Assembly: GCF_009914755.1 (NCBI RefSeq)
Contig: NC_060925.1
Source: the human T2T-CHM13v2.0 reference genome, Homo sapiens
DNA length: 64,000 nt
Direction: 5' to 3' (one strand)
Shown: in pieces, positions 29,060 through 43,665 of the stretch
How the letters are laid out: the number at the start of each line of letters is the position of its first letter
Numbering within the stretch: the first letter of the stretch is position 1
The notes under the pieces: model-generated
Databases searched by the model: none
Told to the model about the DNA's origin: nothing
Seen by the model: only the letters and a program-made list of their open reading frames with translations
Program-made: the position numbers and the translations under genes

Positions 29060-29243
29060 AAATAAATCAACTGACTGAAATAGGATGCTCAGATTTAATC
29101 CTATATATAATACATAAATATATAAAATGTATAAATATATAAAATATAAAAACACATATATAAATATATATAATAAGTTATTTGTATTTATATATTACAT
29201 AGGATTAAATCTGAGCATTCTACTTTGGGTCATTGATCCATTT
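29060..29243. repeat. AT-rich inverted repeat, ~60-bp arms
   Basis: ATGCTCAGATTTAATCCTAT (29085-29104) / ATAGGATTAAATCTGAGCAT (29199-29218) perfect 20-bp core. Confidence 0.92.
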
Positions 29244-29470
29244 GTTTATATATAATATATTACATATATATGAACTTAATCTATGATAGTAGATTAGATA
29301 CCTACTAGATAGAGATTAGATATCTATTAGATAGAGGTGACATCATAAATTAGTGAGAAAAAGATGGACTGACAATAAGTAGTACTGGGGTTGCCATTTT
29401 TCCATACGGAAAATAATTAAATTAGACCTTTACCTCAATACAGAAAGAGAGAAACCTTTAAAATGCATTT

Positions 29471-29779
29471 GGCCAGGCACTGTGGCTCACGCCTGTAATC
29501 CCAGCACTTTGAGAGGCTGAGGCGGGCGGATCACGAGGTCAGGAGATCGAGACCATCCTGGCTAACACAGTGAAACCCCCTCTCTACTAAAAATACAAAA
29601 AATTAGCCGGGCGTGGTGGCGGGTGCCTGTAGTCCCAGTTACTCGGGAGGCTGAGGCAGGAGAATGGCGTGAAACCGGAGGCGGAGCTTGCAGTGAGCCG
29701 AGATCGCGCCACTGCACTCCAGCCTGGGCAACAGTGTGAAACTCCGTCTCAAAAGAAAAAAAAAAAAAAAAAAAAAAAA
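29471..29779 (+). mobile_element. AluY
   Basis: gagatcgagaccatcctggctaacac, gaatggcgtgaa diagnostics; TSD AAAA(T/C)GCATTT. Confidence 0.96.
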
Positions 29780-30902
29780 CGCATTTAAGAGAAAATATAG
29801 GAAGACTACCTTTATGACTTCTTGGTAGAGAATTGCTTTTGGAAACACAAATGACAAAGAAAATATGGTAATCTGAAGACATTAAAATTAAAATCATCTA
29901 GAAAACAAAAGCTACTGCAAACAAAGTAAAATGCAAATCACAGAGTGAGACTAGATACATTTTAAAAATTAGCATCTGGAATATACAAAAGTTATATCCA
30001 CAATTCAGTGAGAACATGACTCAATAAAATGGAAGGTAAAGGGTATACATTGAAAGGTCACAAAAGACAAAATACGAATGGCTTCTAAGCATATAAAAAA
30101 TGTTTGACCTCATTAGTAATCAGGGAAGTGCAAAGTAAAACAAGGAGATCTTTTCATTCCGATCATGCCTGGCAGGAACCTTCTCCCCAGATGCTACAGG
30201 CAGGAAGCCAAGGTGGAGAAATGTCCAAGGCCCATAACATGCTTTGCACTAGATGGGCAAAAATTAAAAATGACAACATCAAGAGTTGGTGAGGATGTAG
30301 AGACATAGGAATTCTTACACCCTGTCCATGGAAGAGCATGGTTTAATTTACAGCGGAATTTGGCAATATTTAGTAACACTAGAGATGTTCATGTTCTAGT
30401 TTTCAGCATTTCCATTTCTAAGAATATACGGAAAAGACTCCCACGAGTTCCCAAAGTAACTGGTAAAGCCAAAGAGTATTTACTGCAGCACTATTTGTCA
30501 TAGGAAAAAAAAAAAAAAAAAAACCTTTTATAGTGGTGGGGGAGAGGAAGGAGCCAAGAATCCACTAACCAAAAAATAAATGAGTAACTTGTAGTGTACT
30601 CACATAATGTCATACAACAGTTAAAATGATTGAACCAGGACCACATGCATCAACATGGATGAAACTGTAGAAACATAATGCTTAGCAAAAAATAAGTTTC
30701 AGAATGATTTATTCAGCATGATGCCAATGTAGTAAGTTTGAAGAAATGTAAAACAATCTTGCATGCACATACCGTGTGTGTGTGTGTGTATGTGTGTGTG
30801 TGTTATACGTATGTAGCAAAAATAGAAAACCATACATAGGGATGATAAACATCAATCCCTCTGGGAGAGTTGGAGGAGAATAAGATCAAGAAGGAACACA
30901 GA

Positions 30903-31239
<337 letters not shown>

Positions 31240-31589
31240 TCAATTGTATCTACAAAACTTTAATCCTATTAAGCAAGTAAGTAAAGCAATTAGACATCGT
31301 GTTGAAATGTAGCAAGGTCGATGATGGATCTAGTGTCAGCTACATTATTCTCATTATTTTCCTTGTCTGCCTGAAATATTTCATTATAAAATATTTTTTT
31401 AATTAGTAAAAGTAAATACAATCCAGAGGCTGTAGTATTAATCCGGACAATATGTAGATTAGGCTCACTAGGATTAGGGAAGAGGTTGAAGATGGAGAAG
31501 TAGACAGAACCATTATATATTTTGGAGGTAAAATTGAGGGTTTGGGTAAATTTGCTGTCTCAGATGTAACAGGTATGATAGATGGGGCC

Positions 31590-32020
31590 ACTGTCCTGTC
31601 CCTATTCTGTGGACCTTTTTGGGTGCTCCAGCTGATTTCCAACAAACAGTGTCTCATGACTGGGCTGAGGGTTCTTCCCCAGTCCTCGACCCCCACCCAC
31701 TGAAGTCTGTGCTGCCCCCAGGTGGTAGACCAGACCTGCTAAGGAATGCAGCCATCAACCAGTGGCGGTTAAGAATGAGTATGTGAATACCCCAGCTCCC
31801 TCGCCTCTGGACTGGGATCATGCAGAGGCTTGTGCTGTGTTGTGCAGTTTCCTATGGCATTCAGCAACCCATGGCAGCAGGTGTAGTAGTAAGTAGGACA
31901 TTTTGCCTTCCCTTCCCTTCCCTGACTCCCTTCCCTACTTCCCTACCAGTATTAGCCCCGCTTCCCCCAAAGAACCCCTTGTGCTTGTGTTGTTGTCTTG
32001 GATCAGCTTCTGGAAAAAAT
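31590..32020 (+). mobile_element. LTR16-like ERVL LTR
   Basis: atgcagccatcaaccagtg…aataccccagctccctcgcctct…gtcttggatcagcttctgg. Confidence 0.6.
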
Positions 32021-32614
32021 GTACTTGAAAGCAGAAGGCGTGCTTCCCAAGCATGGCCACCCAGCACCTCCATGATGTCACTTTCAGTCTGGCAAAGGGA
32101 TGAGAAAAAAGACAAACTCCAGGGGCTGTAGTCAGGTGAATGGGGAGACACCACATGCAGGAGATGGAAAATGCAGCTGAGGGGCGGAGGCAAAAATGGG
32201 CTGCTGAAGAGTTTGCAGAAAAAAGGCACTGCTCTCCTGCTTCATGAACTTAAGTGAAATTCCGAGGAGCAATGGGCAGCTGCAATTTTTTTGGCTCTGG
32301 GGCTGTAGTAGCATTTGCAGCAGTGCCTCATTCAGGGATTCCCTGGACAGAATTAGGAGCTAAGCACCCCCTGATTATGTGTCACCCTACATCTAACTCT
32401 AGGGGACCATCATTTATATGCATTCACATTCTAGACATGTCTACAGAACAGGACTTGGCACTGATGGATTGTTTGGGTATAAAATATTACGGAATGTCAC
32501 TAGAGAGTGACTTCTTGATACAGAATCAAGTAACAGTTGGGTTTCTGCAAAGTGACATTTCAGCAGTAAATTAGAGAACATTTGCCTTGATAGTAATATA
32601 AAAAATGAGTTGGT

Positions 32615-33370
<756 letters not shown>

Positions 33371-33871
33371 CAATAATCCTAGGTACTTTCTGCATGTTAT
33401 TATTCCATTGATGAAATCACACTTCACCATTAAGAAAGGCAATTTTTAAAACGCTAAATCCATTGCACCAGGCTACTGAGTGAACCCAATTGTTATCGAG
33501 AGCAAAAGTGTTACAGTGAGGTTCTTCGCCATTTCTCTGGCGGCTGATTTGGAAGGAAAGATACTTAATTTGACTTCACCTTCACAGAAAGGTGAACTAA
33601 GAAGCCTATAAGGAAACCAATTTCAGCTGCTCGGTCTACAATGTATTTGTCCAGTGCCATGGAGTCAATGAAACACATCAGCTCAAATGACAATCACTGA
33701 AGTGAGACTGGGATATTGGCCCCTCCTGGCTGGTTGGAGTCAAACCAGAGAAACAGGTGGCTACTGTACGCACAGGCTGTACAAGGAGACCCTAGGAAAG
33801 AACAGCCTTGGTCTTTGGGGCCATCAGAAAAAGACTGTCATCTGAAATTAAACCACAAGAAACCTACATCG

Positions 33872-34199
<328 letters not shown>

Positions 34200-34354
34200 A
34201 CATCGAAAGATTTGCCATCTCTAGACATGTCCCCTCCCAGGAGATGATCCATACAGAGTTACCAGTGGAACCACGGCATATCCTGTGGGTCCAATGGAGG
34301 CAAGAATTTCTAAGAATAAGAACCTTAGATCTTACTAAAGGTAGTGTTGATGAG

Positions 34355-34592
34355 ATATTAGGAGCTCAAATTCAGGAAGATCTGAGTTCAGATTTTTAAC
34401 TCCACAAGTTCCTAACTATATGACCCTGGCAGGCTATCTAACCTCTCTGAGTGTCCATTTCCTCCCCAGGAAAGTCTCAAGCCATGCCGGCTTGCTGTGA
34501 TCAGTAAAGGAGATAATATGCATAAAGTAGTTTGCATTGTGCCTGGCACATAGGAAGCACTCAGGAAACAGTGGCCACTACTTTTATTATTA
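34355..34592 (+). mobile_element. MIR
   Basis: tgaccctggcaggctatctaacctctctgagtgtccatttcc…gtgcctggcacatagg. Confidence 0.75.
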
Positions 34593-35679
34593 CTGTCAGC
34601 ATGTAACCAATGGAAATAACATTCTACCTCTATGTTGTAAGTTTTCGGGTGGGAAGTGATTTTGTTCTTGGTGCAAGGAAAAGAATATTGAAAATTAGGA
34701 ACCAGTCAGAATTTATCACCATCAGGCAAGGAAAATGAGTTTGCCTCTAGATAGCAAGGCTTGTTTTATAGACAATCTGATTTTCCTAGTCAGAGGCAAG
34801 GCATTTTTCAGGAGATCCAATGCTTGTCTTCTAACTGTATACTCCCAAAGCAACTTTTTGTCTATGATCTGATCTCTCAAGTAGGGCAGGCCAAAGGACT
34901 CTCCCTAGCTCTGAAGCCAGACCCTTCTCCCACTCAAAGTCATGAAATTCGCCTACAGAGAATCCCTCAGAGTCTTGTGAGTTTGGTTACCATGAGTCAG
35001 TCACCAGTACACTTGTGTGTGTGCAAATGAAAATAAGGCTTCTGCATCTGCAGAAATGATGGCTGGATGGGGGTTTGTGGGGACCACCTCGGCACCCAGA
35101 AACTGTCCCCCTGTGAACTCTTGTCTGAAAACTTCCAGCCTGCCATTCGGATACAACTGTCAACGAGTGTTCAATAAGCACATGGAAAAATACAAGGATG
35201 CTATATATTTTTATTCCTATGTGAGCCGTATTGAGCATTTTCAATAGAAAAAGTTTATCTCTTGGTAGCACCCCATCTTTACAAAGGAACTTCTATGCCA
35301 GCATAAACCAGGCACTGTAATAAATATACCTTATACATAGTCTTTGCAGTGACGCTGTGAGGACACTGTTCCTGCTGTCATTTTAAAAGTAAGTAAACTG
35401 AAGCCCAGAGAAATTCAGTGACTTTCCCAAAGTCATAAAGCGCAAAAGAAAGAAAGGCCGGGTCTGACCCCTATTCTGTCTGACGTCCGTGATCTTTCCA
35501 CCCTGCCCGGCCATCCCCATCTATCTCATTGCCTGGGAAGCCACCATCCCTCCCAGCCCATTCCCTTGTCACAGAACATGAGTGCCCAAAGCCTGTGCTC
35601 TGTCCAAGCCACTCCATGAAGCACTCGCCTCTTCCCTGGACTTACCAGAGTGTTAGGCCAGTTCCCTCTGTGTGGGGAA

Positions 35680-37237
35680 GTGTCCGGAATTTGTGGGTTC
35701 TTGGTCTCACTGACTTCAAGAACGAAGCCGTGGACCCTCGCGATTTGAGTGTTACAGTTCTTAAAGGTAGTGTGTCCGGAGTTTGTTCCTTCTGATTTTC
35801 GGATGTGTTCAGAGTTCCTTCCTTCTGGTGGGTTTGTGATCTCGCTGGCTTCATTCAAGAGTGAAGCCGCAGACCTCCGCGGTGAGCGTTAGGACTCTTA
35901 AGGCGGTGCGTCTGGTGTTGTTTGTCCCTCCCATCCGGAGTTGTTCATTCCTCCCGGTGGGTTCGGGGTCTCGCTGGTCTCGGAAGTGAAGCCAGACACC
36001 TTTGCGGCGAGTATTACAGCTCGCACAGACAGTGAGACCCCAAAGAGCGAGCAACAATGGGATTTATTGCAAAGAGCGAAAGAACAAAACTTCCACAAGG
36101 TGGAAGGGAACATTAGGGGATTGCCACTCCCGGCTCCGGCAGCCTGCTTTTATTCCCTTATCTGGACCCACCCACATCCTGCTGATTGGTCCATTTTACA
36201 GAGAGCTGATTGGTCTGTTTTACAGAGAGTTGATTGGTCCGTTTTGACAGGGTGCTGATTGGTGCATTTGCAATCCCTGAGCTAGACACAAAAGTTCTCC
36301 AAGTCCCCACTAGAGAGGCTAGACACAGAGCGCTGATTGGTGCGTTTACAAACCTTGAGCTAGACACAGAGTGCTGATTGGTGCATTTACCATCCTCTAG
36401 CTAGACATAAAAGTTCTCCAAGTCCCCACCAGATTAGCTAGATACAGAGTGCTGATTAGTGCACCCACAAACCTTGAGCTAGACACAGGGTGCTGATTGG
36501 TGCATTTACAAACCTTGAGCTAGGCGTAAATAAATTCTCCAAGTACCCACCCGACTCAGGGGCCCAGCTGGCTTCACCTAGTGGATTCCCCCACCGGAGC
36601 CACGGGGGGAGCTGCCCACAAGTCCCGCACCATGCACCCACACTCCTCAGCCCTTGGTCCTCAGCCCTTGGGCAGTCAGTGGGACCAGGTGCCGCGGAGC
36701 AAGGGGTGCGCTCGTCGGGGAGGCTTGGGCAGCTCAGGAGCCCACGGCAGGAGTGGGGAGGCTCAGGCATGGCCCGCTGCAGGTCTGGAGCCCTGCCATG
36801 CCGGGAGGCAGTTGAGGCCTGGCGAGAATTCGAGTGCAGCGCCTGCAGGCCGTCTCTGCTGGGGGACCTGGCGCACCCTTTGCAGCTGTTGGCCCAGGTG
36901 CTAAGCCCCTCACTGCCCGGGGCCGGCGGCACCAGCCGGCCACTCCCGAGTGCGGGGCCCACCGAGCCCATCCCACCCAGAACTCAAGCTGGCCTGGGAG
37001 CGCTGCGCACAGCCCCGGTTGCCGCCCGCACCTCTCCCTCCACACCTCCCCTCCACACCTCCCCTCCACACCTCCCCGCAAGCAGAGGGAGCCAGCTCCG
37101 GCCTCCGCCAGCCCAGAGAGGGGGCTCCCACAGTGCAGCGGTGGGCTGAAGGGCTCCTCAAGCGCGGCCAGAGTGGGCGCCGAGGCCAAGGAGGCGTGGA
37201 GAGCGAGAGAGGGCTGCCAGCACGCTGTCCTCTCTCA
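35680..37237 (-). mobile_element. LTR12-family (ERV9) complete solo LTR
   Basis: Minus strand TGAGAGAGGACAGCGTGCTGGCAG…GAGACCAAGAACCCACAAATTCCGGACAC; GGAA on both flanks; tandem CCAAT repeats; CpG-rich U3. Confidence 0.96.
36120..36510 (-). promoter_or_regulatory. LTR12 promoter: seven intact NF-Y CCAAT boxes, GATA and AATAAA/TATA-like element
   Basis: TGATTGG x7 between 36183 and 36500 (an eighth mutated to TGATTAG at ~36453); cttttattcccttatct at ~36147-36163. Confidence 0.8.
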
Positions 37238-39789
37238 GGAATTGGTCTTAAACACTATGCCTTAGGTTATAGCTAGAGCTACTACTACATCAATTAAAAG
37301 GATGAAAATAGTGTGTAATCAATTTGTATCAATGATAAATAATTGTTTGCCCTCGTTATTCAGGGAAGAGCTCCCAGTGAGTTTTAAAATATTCCTTGGA
37401 GTGATGGGGGGAATGGTTCTTGAACAGTAGAGCATTCCTAGCACCCCATTCAGAATTTGGTTATTGACTCTGTATTATCTTACATTCTTCTTTTGGGATG
37501 GGTTTTCTTGGGGGTGCTATGCTCTATCCTCCAACAGTAGCTTTGAAGTCTCCATCCAAGAAGGACACGAGGAAAGCCACATTGGGAGAAAACACATCCC
37601 TTGATCCCTGATTAGGGCTTGGAATGTACATTCCCATAAAGACCCTACTATGCACAGTTGATTGTTCCCTTAATGTTACCACATTAGGACAGTGGCAAAC
37701 TGTGATTCTGAGACATTGTGGGTTCAATAAAGCATGTTTCCCAAACCAAAGTCTTAGAAACATAAGCCGACTTATGTTCCAAACTTCTATCCACAAGTTT
37801 GGAAAATTCTGGGTTAAATACTGTTGAACAAGCGTCTTTATTCAAAACTTCACAGAACCTGATTTTGAGAGTGGGCATGTGACTGCCCAAAAGGAATCTC
37901 CCAAACTCTTTTTACCACAAAATTTCTCTCGGAGTTGGCCAAGCTCACCTTTCAAAACCCTGACATAGGCCTTAGTCCCCTCCCCTCCCCCGGCCTCTTT
38001 CACTTACTACACTGGGTCCTGGGGAAACTCTTCCCCTTGTCTGAATAACCAACTACACTGACTGCCCAATGAGCTAGTAAATGCAACAAAGTAACAAATA
38101 TATCCAACAGTGCATGGGCTCATCTTCCACGCCAATGTCAATATTTTGCAAAGTGAATTTTGTCCACTCCAGTGACTGAGATTTGGAAAGTCTGTCTTGG
38201 ATATTCCTGATGCACATTGGTGAAGGTTCTGAGAAATTTCAGCAGCAAAGGAGCCTGGTCAGCCAATGTGAACCAAGAAGAAAATAGGCAAATCGCTATT
38301 TTACCTTTGTTATTTTAAACTTAAATTGAATTCTGTGTTTTGGCTTTGGTTGGTGAGTTTCATATTCTGGGTTCTGATGAGATGTGATCTGAGTGTGCTT
38401 CAGAGAACATCCGTGAGCTTCCGTGTTTACTCAGCTATCTGCCCTAAAAACACTTGCTCAGCAGCATGACGACATAGATTAAATCCTTGCAACAAGCCCA
38501 GTGGGGAAGAGCTTCCCCTTTTCCTTCAATAGCACAGGCAAACTACGTAGGTAAAGTATGAGGCTGGCCCAGAACAAAACGCTACGCAGCGCATAAGACA
38601 CTTCCAGGGTCAACCTGCACCACCCAGCCCAATCTTAAGTGATGTTCACTAAGCAGTCATTTGTATTTTATTTCTCTTACTACCTCTTCCATTGCACTTA
38701 GAATGGAAGGAAACAAAAAGAAAAGTCTCATTGTGTGGCTGGATTTGGTGCAGCTGCCCCCTGAAGGGTTGAAAACAGACGATGCTTTATATTCAAATAC
38801 AGTTATATGATATCTAGGTAACATCCTTGCATCCAGAAGATATTAAATATAGAAAGGCTCATCCCTGGTAAACTTCTCTTTTGTGGTCCAGAAGGCAGGT
38901 GGGTTTCTAAGAGATGGCAGCTCATCTTTCTGGGGGCAATGTGAACATTCTTAGACCATTGTCTGGGTCTCAGATTCTAATCCCCAAGGCTTTCCTTATG
39001 GTTCTAGTAGAAGAATAATTTCCCTATGGAAGCTCATTTGATTATATTCTTCAGCTCTATTTGACTTCTAACAAGGAAACTCAGATTGAGGCTTCTTTGC
39101 CTAAGGGCTGACTTGTAGCAGCCCTTTGTCCACAGCAATAGTTTATTAACTTTTAAGAACAGTGAAAACTTTTGCTCAAATTATCACTTTTATAAACAGA
39201 TAAAGAGGAAGCTAGTCTCATAGCAACTTGTTGGAAGATCCGAAGGCCCTGTCTACTTAGCACCTGCCCCTCACAATGCACTTCTTTGGAACCCTGGTGT
39301 TCCTTGGAACAGAATTTGAGAAACATTGTCTTGATGACAAGGCTCTGGACTGAGAGACAGGAAGCTTGGGTTTCATCCTAGCTTGACCACAAACCCTAGG
39401 CTGAAAATTGGTCAGATTTAAAAGCCTGCAGTCCCTTTATTTTCTTCTTTGTAAACTAGAGGAAAACAGCATGTACTCTATTTTTCAGGGGGTCATCACG
39501 AGCTACCAGATATACTAAAATAGCAGCATGGTGATTTTATACTTTTTATTGTGTTTTCAAATCTGTTAATGTATTTTCTTGTAAAAATATCCCTGAAACG
39601 GCACAGGGCAAATACTAGTAAGTATGAAACTCTTTGGAGAAGATTCCAATGCTATCCAGAACCCAGCTTTTGAAGACCTCAGCTCCCCACACACAGTACA
39701 TGCAATAGCCGTGATAATACCAGGTCTAGAGGATGCCATGTATTGAGCACTTACTATGGATCAAGCACTACTGGATCCAAATCCTCTTC

Positions 39790-40270
39790 CCAGTACATAG
39801 TCACTCTGTAACCATACCTAGTGGATTGATCACTTTGGAATCCAATTCCTCCCTGATTTTCAGTCCATGTGGCTCAGATGGAACTTCCCTTAAAGACCTC
39901 ACTTCCACATGGACCAGTGACCCGGGCCTGGACATCAAAACTCTCTCCTGGGACTTTTGCTGGAACTTTTGGGGAAGATACAAATTCTCCTCTGAGAAGG
40001 CAGTCACTAGAGACAATGTAAGGCTGGGACCGTCCACATCAGCTTTGCCTATAAAGGAAAAGACACTGACTGAGAATTAAGCCCAACAGAGGGAAATAAG
40101 CCAAATACAGATGGGACAGGCAGAGAGCTGGGCACGTAACTTGAGCCCCTGGATACATATGTGCCTTAAGCCCATCCTGGACACTTCTCTGACCCAATAC
40201 AACAAATTCCACTTGCTTGTACTAGTTCCAGTTGAGTTTCTAACACAATCCACAGAGTCCCAACTCACAT
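39790..40270 (+). mobile_element. Ancient MLT1 (J/K-like) LTR
   Basis: ccctgattttcagtccatgtgg…ttgagcccctggatacatatgtgcct…gttccagttgagtttct. Confidence 0.55.
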
Positions 40271-41869
40271 AGTAAACTTGGGCAAGTAGCTTAGCCTCTC
40301 AAAGCCTCAGCTTTCTTTTCTAGAAAATGAGAATGAGGATACACACCTCACAGATTGTCATGAAGATAAAAGGAGAAAATGACCCAAAGACCACATTCAG
40401 CAAATCGTAGTCTCATGATCATTACACTTCACGTAAGTTGCTTCATTTAATCCTCTCCATGGCTGAGCTCAGATGAGCACAGATGAGACAACCGTGGCAG
40501 GGAGAAATTAGGCCCTTCGTCTAAAGTCTACAGCAAGTAACAGCACCAGGGTATAAGCCCAGATCTGATGCCATAGTTCAGGCACTTTTCACCAATGTAC
40601 ACAGCTCCCCAGCAAGCGAGTGCCTTCTCCTGCAAGACTAAGCTCACCCACACATACGCAGAGCCACCATGTACAGCTGCACAGGTTGTCCACTGCACGG
40701 CCATTCACATGGACACTGACATAAATGGCACCCTCTAGAGTTGCCACAACTTGCCCCACACACCATCGTCCTAAAAGCTAGAAATGCCCACGAAAGGGAC
40801 CTTGTAAGGACAGATACCAGGAAGAGATTCTAGATGTTTACATTGCAAAGAACCCATTTTCTCATCTAACTACGCTTCAACAGCTTCTGCCAGTTATTCC
40901 TATCTCCTACATCTTTAGCCAACGCCTCAAGCCATTCCTATAAAAAGCTCCTAAGCTGTAATTCCAGAGAAAAGAAGGGCCAGATAGATTCCCAGGCCCC
41001 ATCTGCTTGCTGAGCCAATGCCAACCTGGTCTCTGAGCTGGTAAATATACTTTGGTTTAACATAAGCTATTCTAATATCATAGCTAAATCATCTTATATT
41101 CCTTGGCTTTCTCCAGCAAGGAAGAAAGTTACGCAAAAGCACATAATGAAAAACATAAGTCACTTTAACAAAACAGAGCTTGAAGATACCTGGCCCAATG
41201 AGTTTCTGGGGCTCACTGAAGTTGCATTGTTCAGTGGGATTCAGAGAGGAGGTTGGGAGGGGAGAGTGATTCGTGGCCTCAGTGTCTTCATCAGAGGCCA
41301 ACCTGAACCCAGCTGGGCAGGGGCTGGCCAAGGCAGGCCCATGTTCTCACATTGCATTTGCAATGCCTGGCTTTAGGGTCAGGCCACGGGAGACAGAGCC
41401 TGCCCCTACATCTTACCAAGCCTCAGGAAGCTCCTGCCATAGCTGGGGGCATCTGGAACACTGGTTGGTCTTCCCATCTCCTGAGTAAAGGCTCCAGCTG
41501 CAGTGTCCTCTTGCCACCCCAGAAGCCAGCTTACCAAGAAGAAGGTTCATTGTGAGTTCAAGAGTCACCATGGAATCTCATCCTGCAGAGTCCCAGGAAA
41601 ACCACTGCCATGCCCTCACATGTCCCAGCTGGGGCTCTAGAAGATACAACAATAGTGCAGTAAGATAAGACTGTGATATCCACTCAGCCCTGGCAACTGG
41701 TTATGCATGGGCTCTTGAATCAGACAAACTTGGACTTGAATCCCGGTCTCACCCCCACTAATTAATTCATCCATGGACACATTCCACCAAGTGTCCGTGA
41801 ATGCATGAATGTTGCTCTGAAACTGCGGTCAGCTGGGGTCTCAGTTTTCTGCCCTGAGCTGATTGCTCC

Positions 41870-42050
41870 ACCTGCATTATCCCACTTGGTCCTCCCAGTG
41901 GCCCTGGTGAGGGGGACATTATTTGTCCCATTTTATAGGTAAGGAGACTGAGACTCAGAAGTTGCAGGATTTATCCCAGGTCACCTGGCTAGTGGGGGTG
42001 GAAATGAGATTTGAGTCCAAGTTTGTCTGATTCGAGAGCCCAGGTGCACT
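41870..42050 (-). mobile_element. MIR
   Basis: cccattttataggtaaggagactgagactcaga…cccaggtcacctggctagtg. Confidence 0.8.
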
Positions 42051-42179
42051 CAACACATTCATCACCATCTCCCCTGCCCATCCCCCAACTTTCTAGAACA
42101 TTCTTTTATCTGGATTTGGCAGGAGGACTGCAATTGCAGCGTAAATTGACAGTCTCTGTTCTGAACACAGTGACAACTC

Positions 42180-42672
42180 AGCTTACTCAGAGTAAAGGCC
42201 TCACAGGGCTGCCTGGGCCCCCCGGCCTCCTCTCCTTTCCTTTCATCCTGCCTGAATCGGCTCAGCCTCACTGGCCTTTAAGCTCTTCCTCAGACACACC
42301 AAGCACCTTCTCATTTCATGGTTTTGCATCTTCTGTTATCTCTTTCTTGAATGTTCTTTCCCTAGACATGCAACTGGCTCCCATAATGACCTCCTTCAGG
42401 GCTCAGCTCAAATGTCACCTCTGCAGAAAGGCCTGCCCTGACCACTCACCCCACATTCACTCTGAGACCCTTACCCTCCTTGCATTCCTGCCTCACATGT
42501 ATCACCACAGGACTTACCTATGTGTTTATTGTCTTCTCCCCTCAGCCCCGTTAGATTGTACACTTCATGAGGGCAGAGACTTTCTCTGGTTAATTCATAA
42601 CTCTATGCCCAGACTCTAGAACACTGCCATGGTACATGGAATTGGTTATTAAGTGTTCATGAATGAAAGAAT
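42180..42672 (+). mobile_element. L2 3' fragment
   Basis: ctcagctcaaatgtcacctctgcagaaaggcctgccctgacc…gaatgaaagaatg. Confidence 0.8.
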
Positions 42673-43665
42673 GCTGCTCTGAGACCCCAGCTGGCCCAAC
42701 TGCAGTTGCCCTACTCCATGGAACATCAGTGATACTTTGGTACCCAAAAACCATCTTGTGGCCACACTGAGGTGATGCTTTCTGATACCCAACCTGAGAC
42801 TGAGACTTCTGTGCTTAAGCCTGCAGGGCCCGGGTAGTCATGAGGGAGACAAGTGAACTAGAAAGCCAAATGTCCAGCCCCTCCCGCTCCATCCAGTGCC
42901 TCCCAAGCTGAGAAGGTCAGAGCTAGGTCAGGAACAGGGAGTCAGCCCCTTCTCTTTTAGAATACCTGGGCTGCTTCTGATCACACCAACCCTGACTTCA
43001 GGGACTGCTGCTCTGAGCCCTCCTGTCCCTTTGTTTCCTTTAACTTTTCCCTTTCACATCCTTGGATTCTTCTATCACTCACCCAGCAATTGTGAACAAG
43101 GTACCTACTGTACACCAGGCACAGAGCTAGGTACTGGAGATGCATGGTGAGCAAACAGACTTGACGCTTCCTGTTATGGGGAAGACTGGCATTAACCCAG
43201 CAATCTCACAAGACCTGTAAAATTGTTTACTTTCCAGAGGGCTGAGAAGGGAAGCCCCAAGGCAGAACTGACCCAGTTTTCTAATCCAGAGATCAGGAAA
43301 TGCTTTTCTAAGGAAGGGACATTCAGGGTAGGACCTCAAATGTCTGCAGGTGTCCTCAAGGCTGGGGTTCATGGTGTCGGTACACCCTTCACCTCTGGCT
43401 CCCCCATTTATTATGATATGACCACAAGCAAGTGACTTAAGCTCTCTTGGCTTCAGTTTTCTCATCTGTAAACTGGGGATAATAATAGTCCTTGCCTTCT
43501 TATGTTATGACAGTGTTTAAATGAGATAATGTACATGAAACTTTCACAAGATTGCCTAATATGGAGTAGACATTATTGTAATTGTTTTTTGTAGAAGTTA
43601 TCCTACCTCACTCAGCCTTTTGGCCAAAAGTAAAGGAAAGTAAAAAACAAATACCTATAATTTAA

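Noticed and set aside
36456-37276. Long overlapping ORFs (171, 219, 151, 143 aa)
   Set aside because: All lie in the GC-rich U3 of LTR12, where stop codons are scarce on both strands; no protein family resemblance
42011-42619. 202-aa ORF
   Set aside because: Non-ATG start, spans MIR and L2 remnants, no recognisable domain
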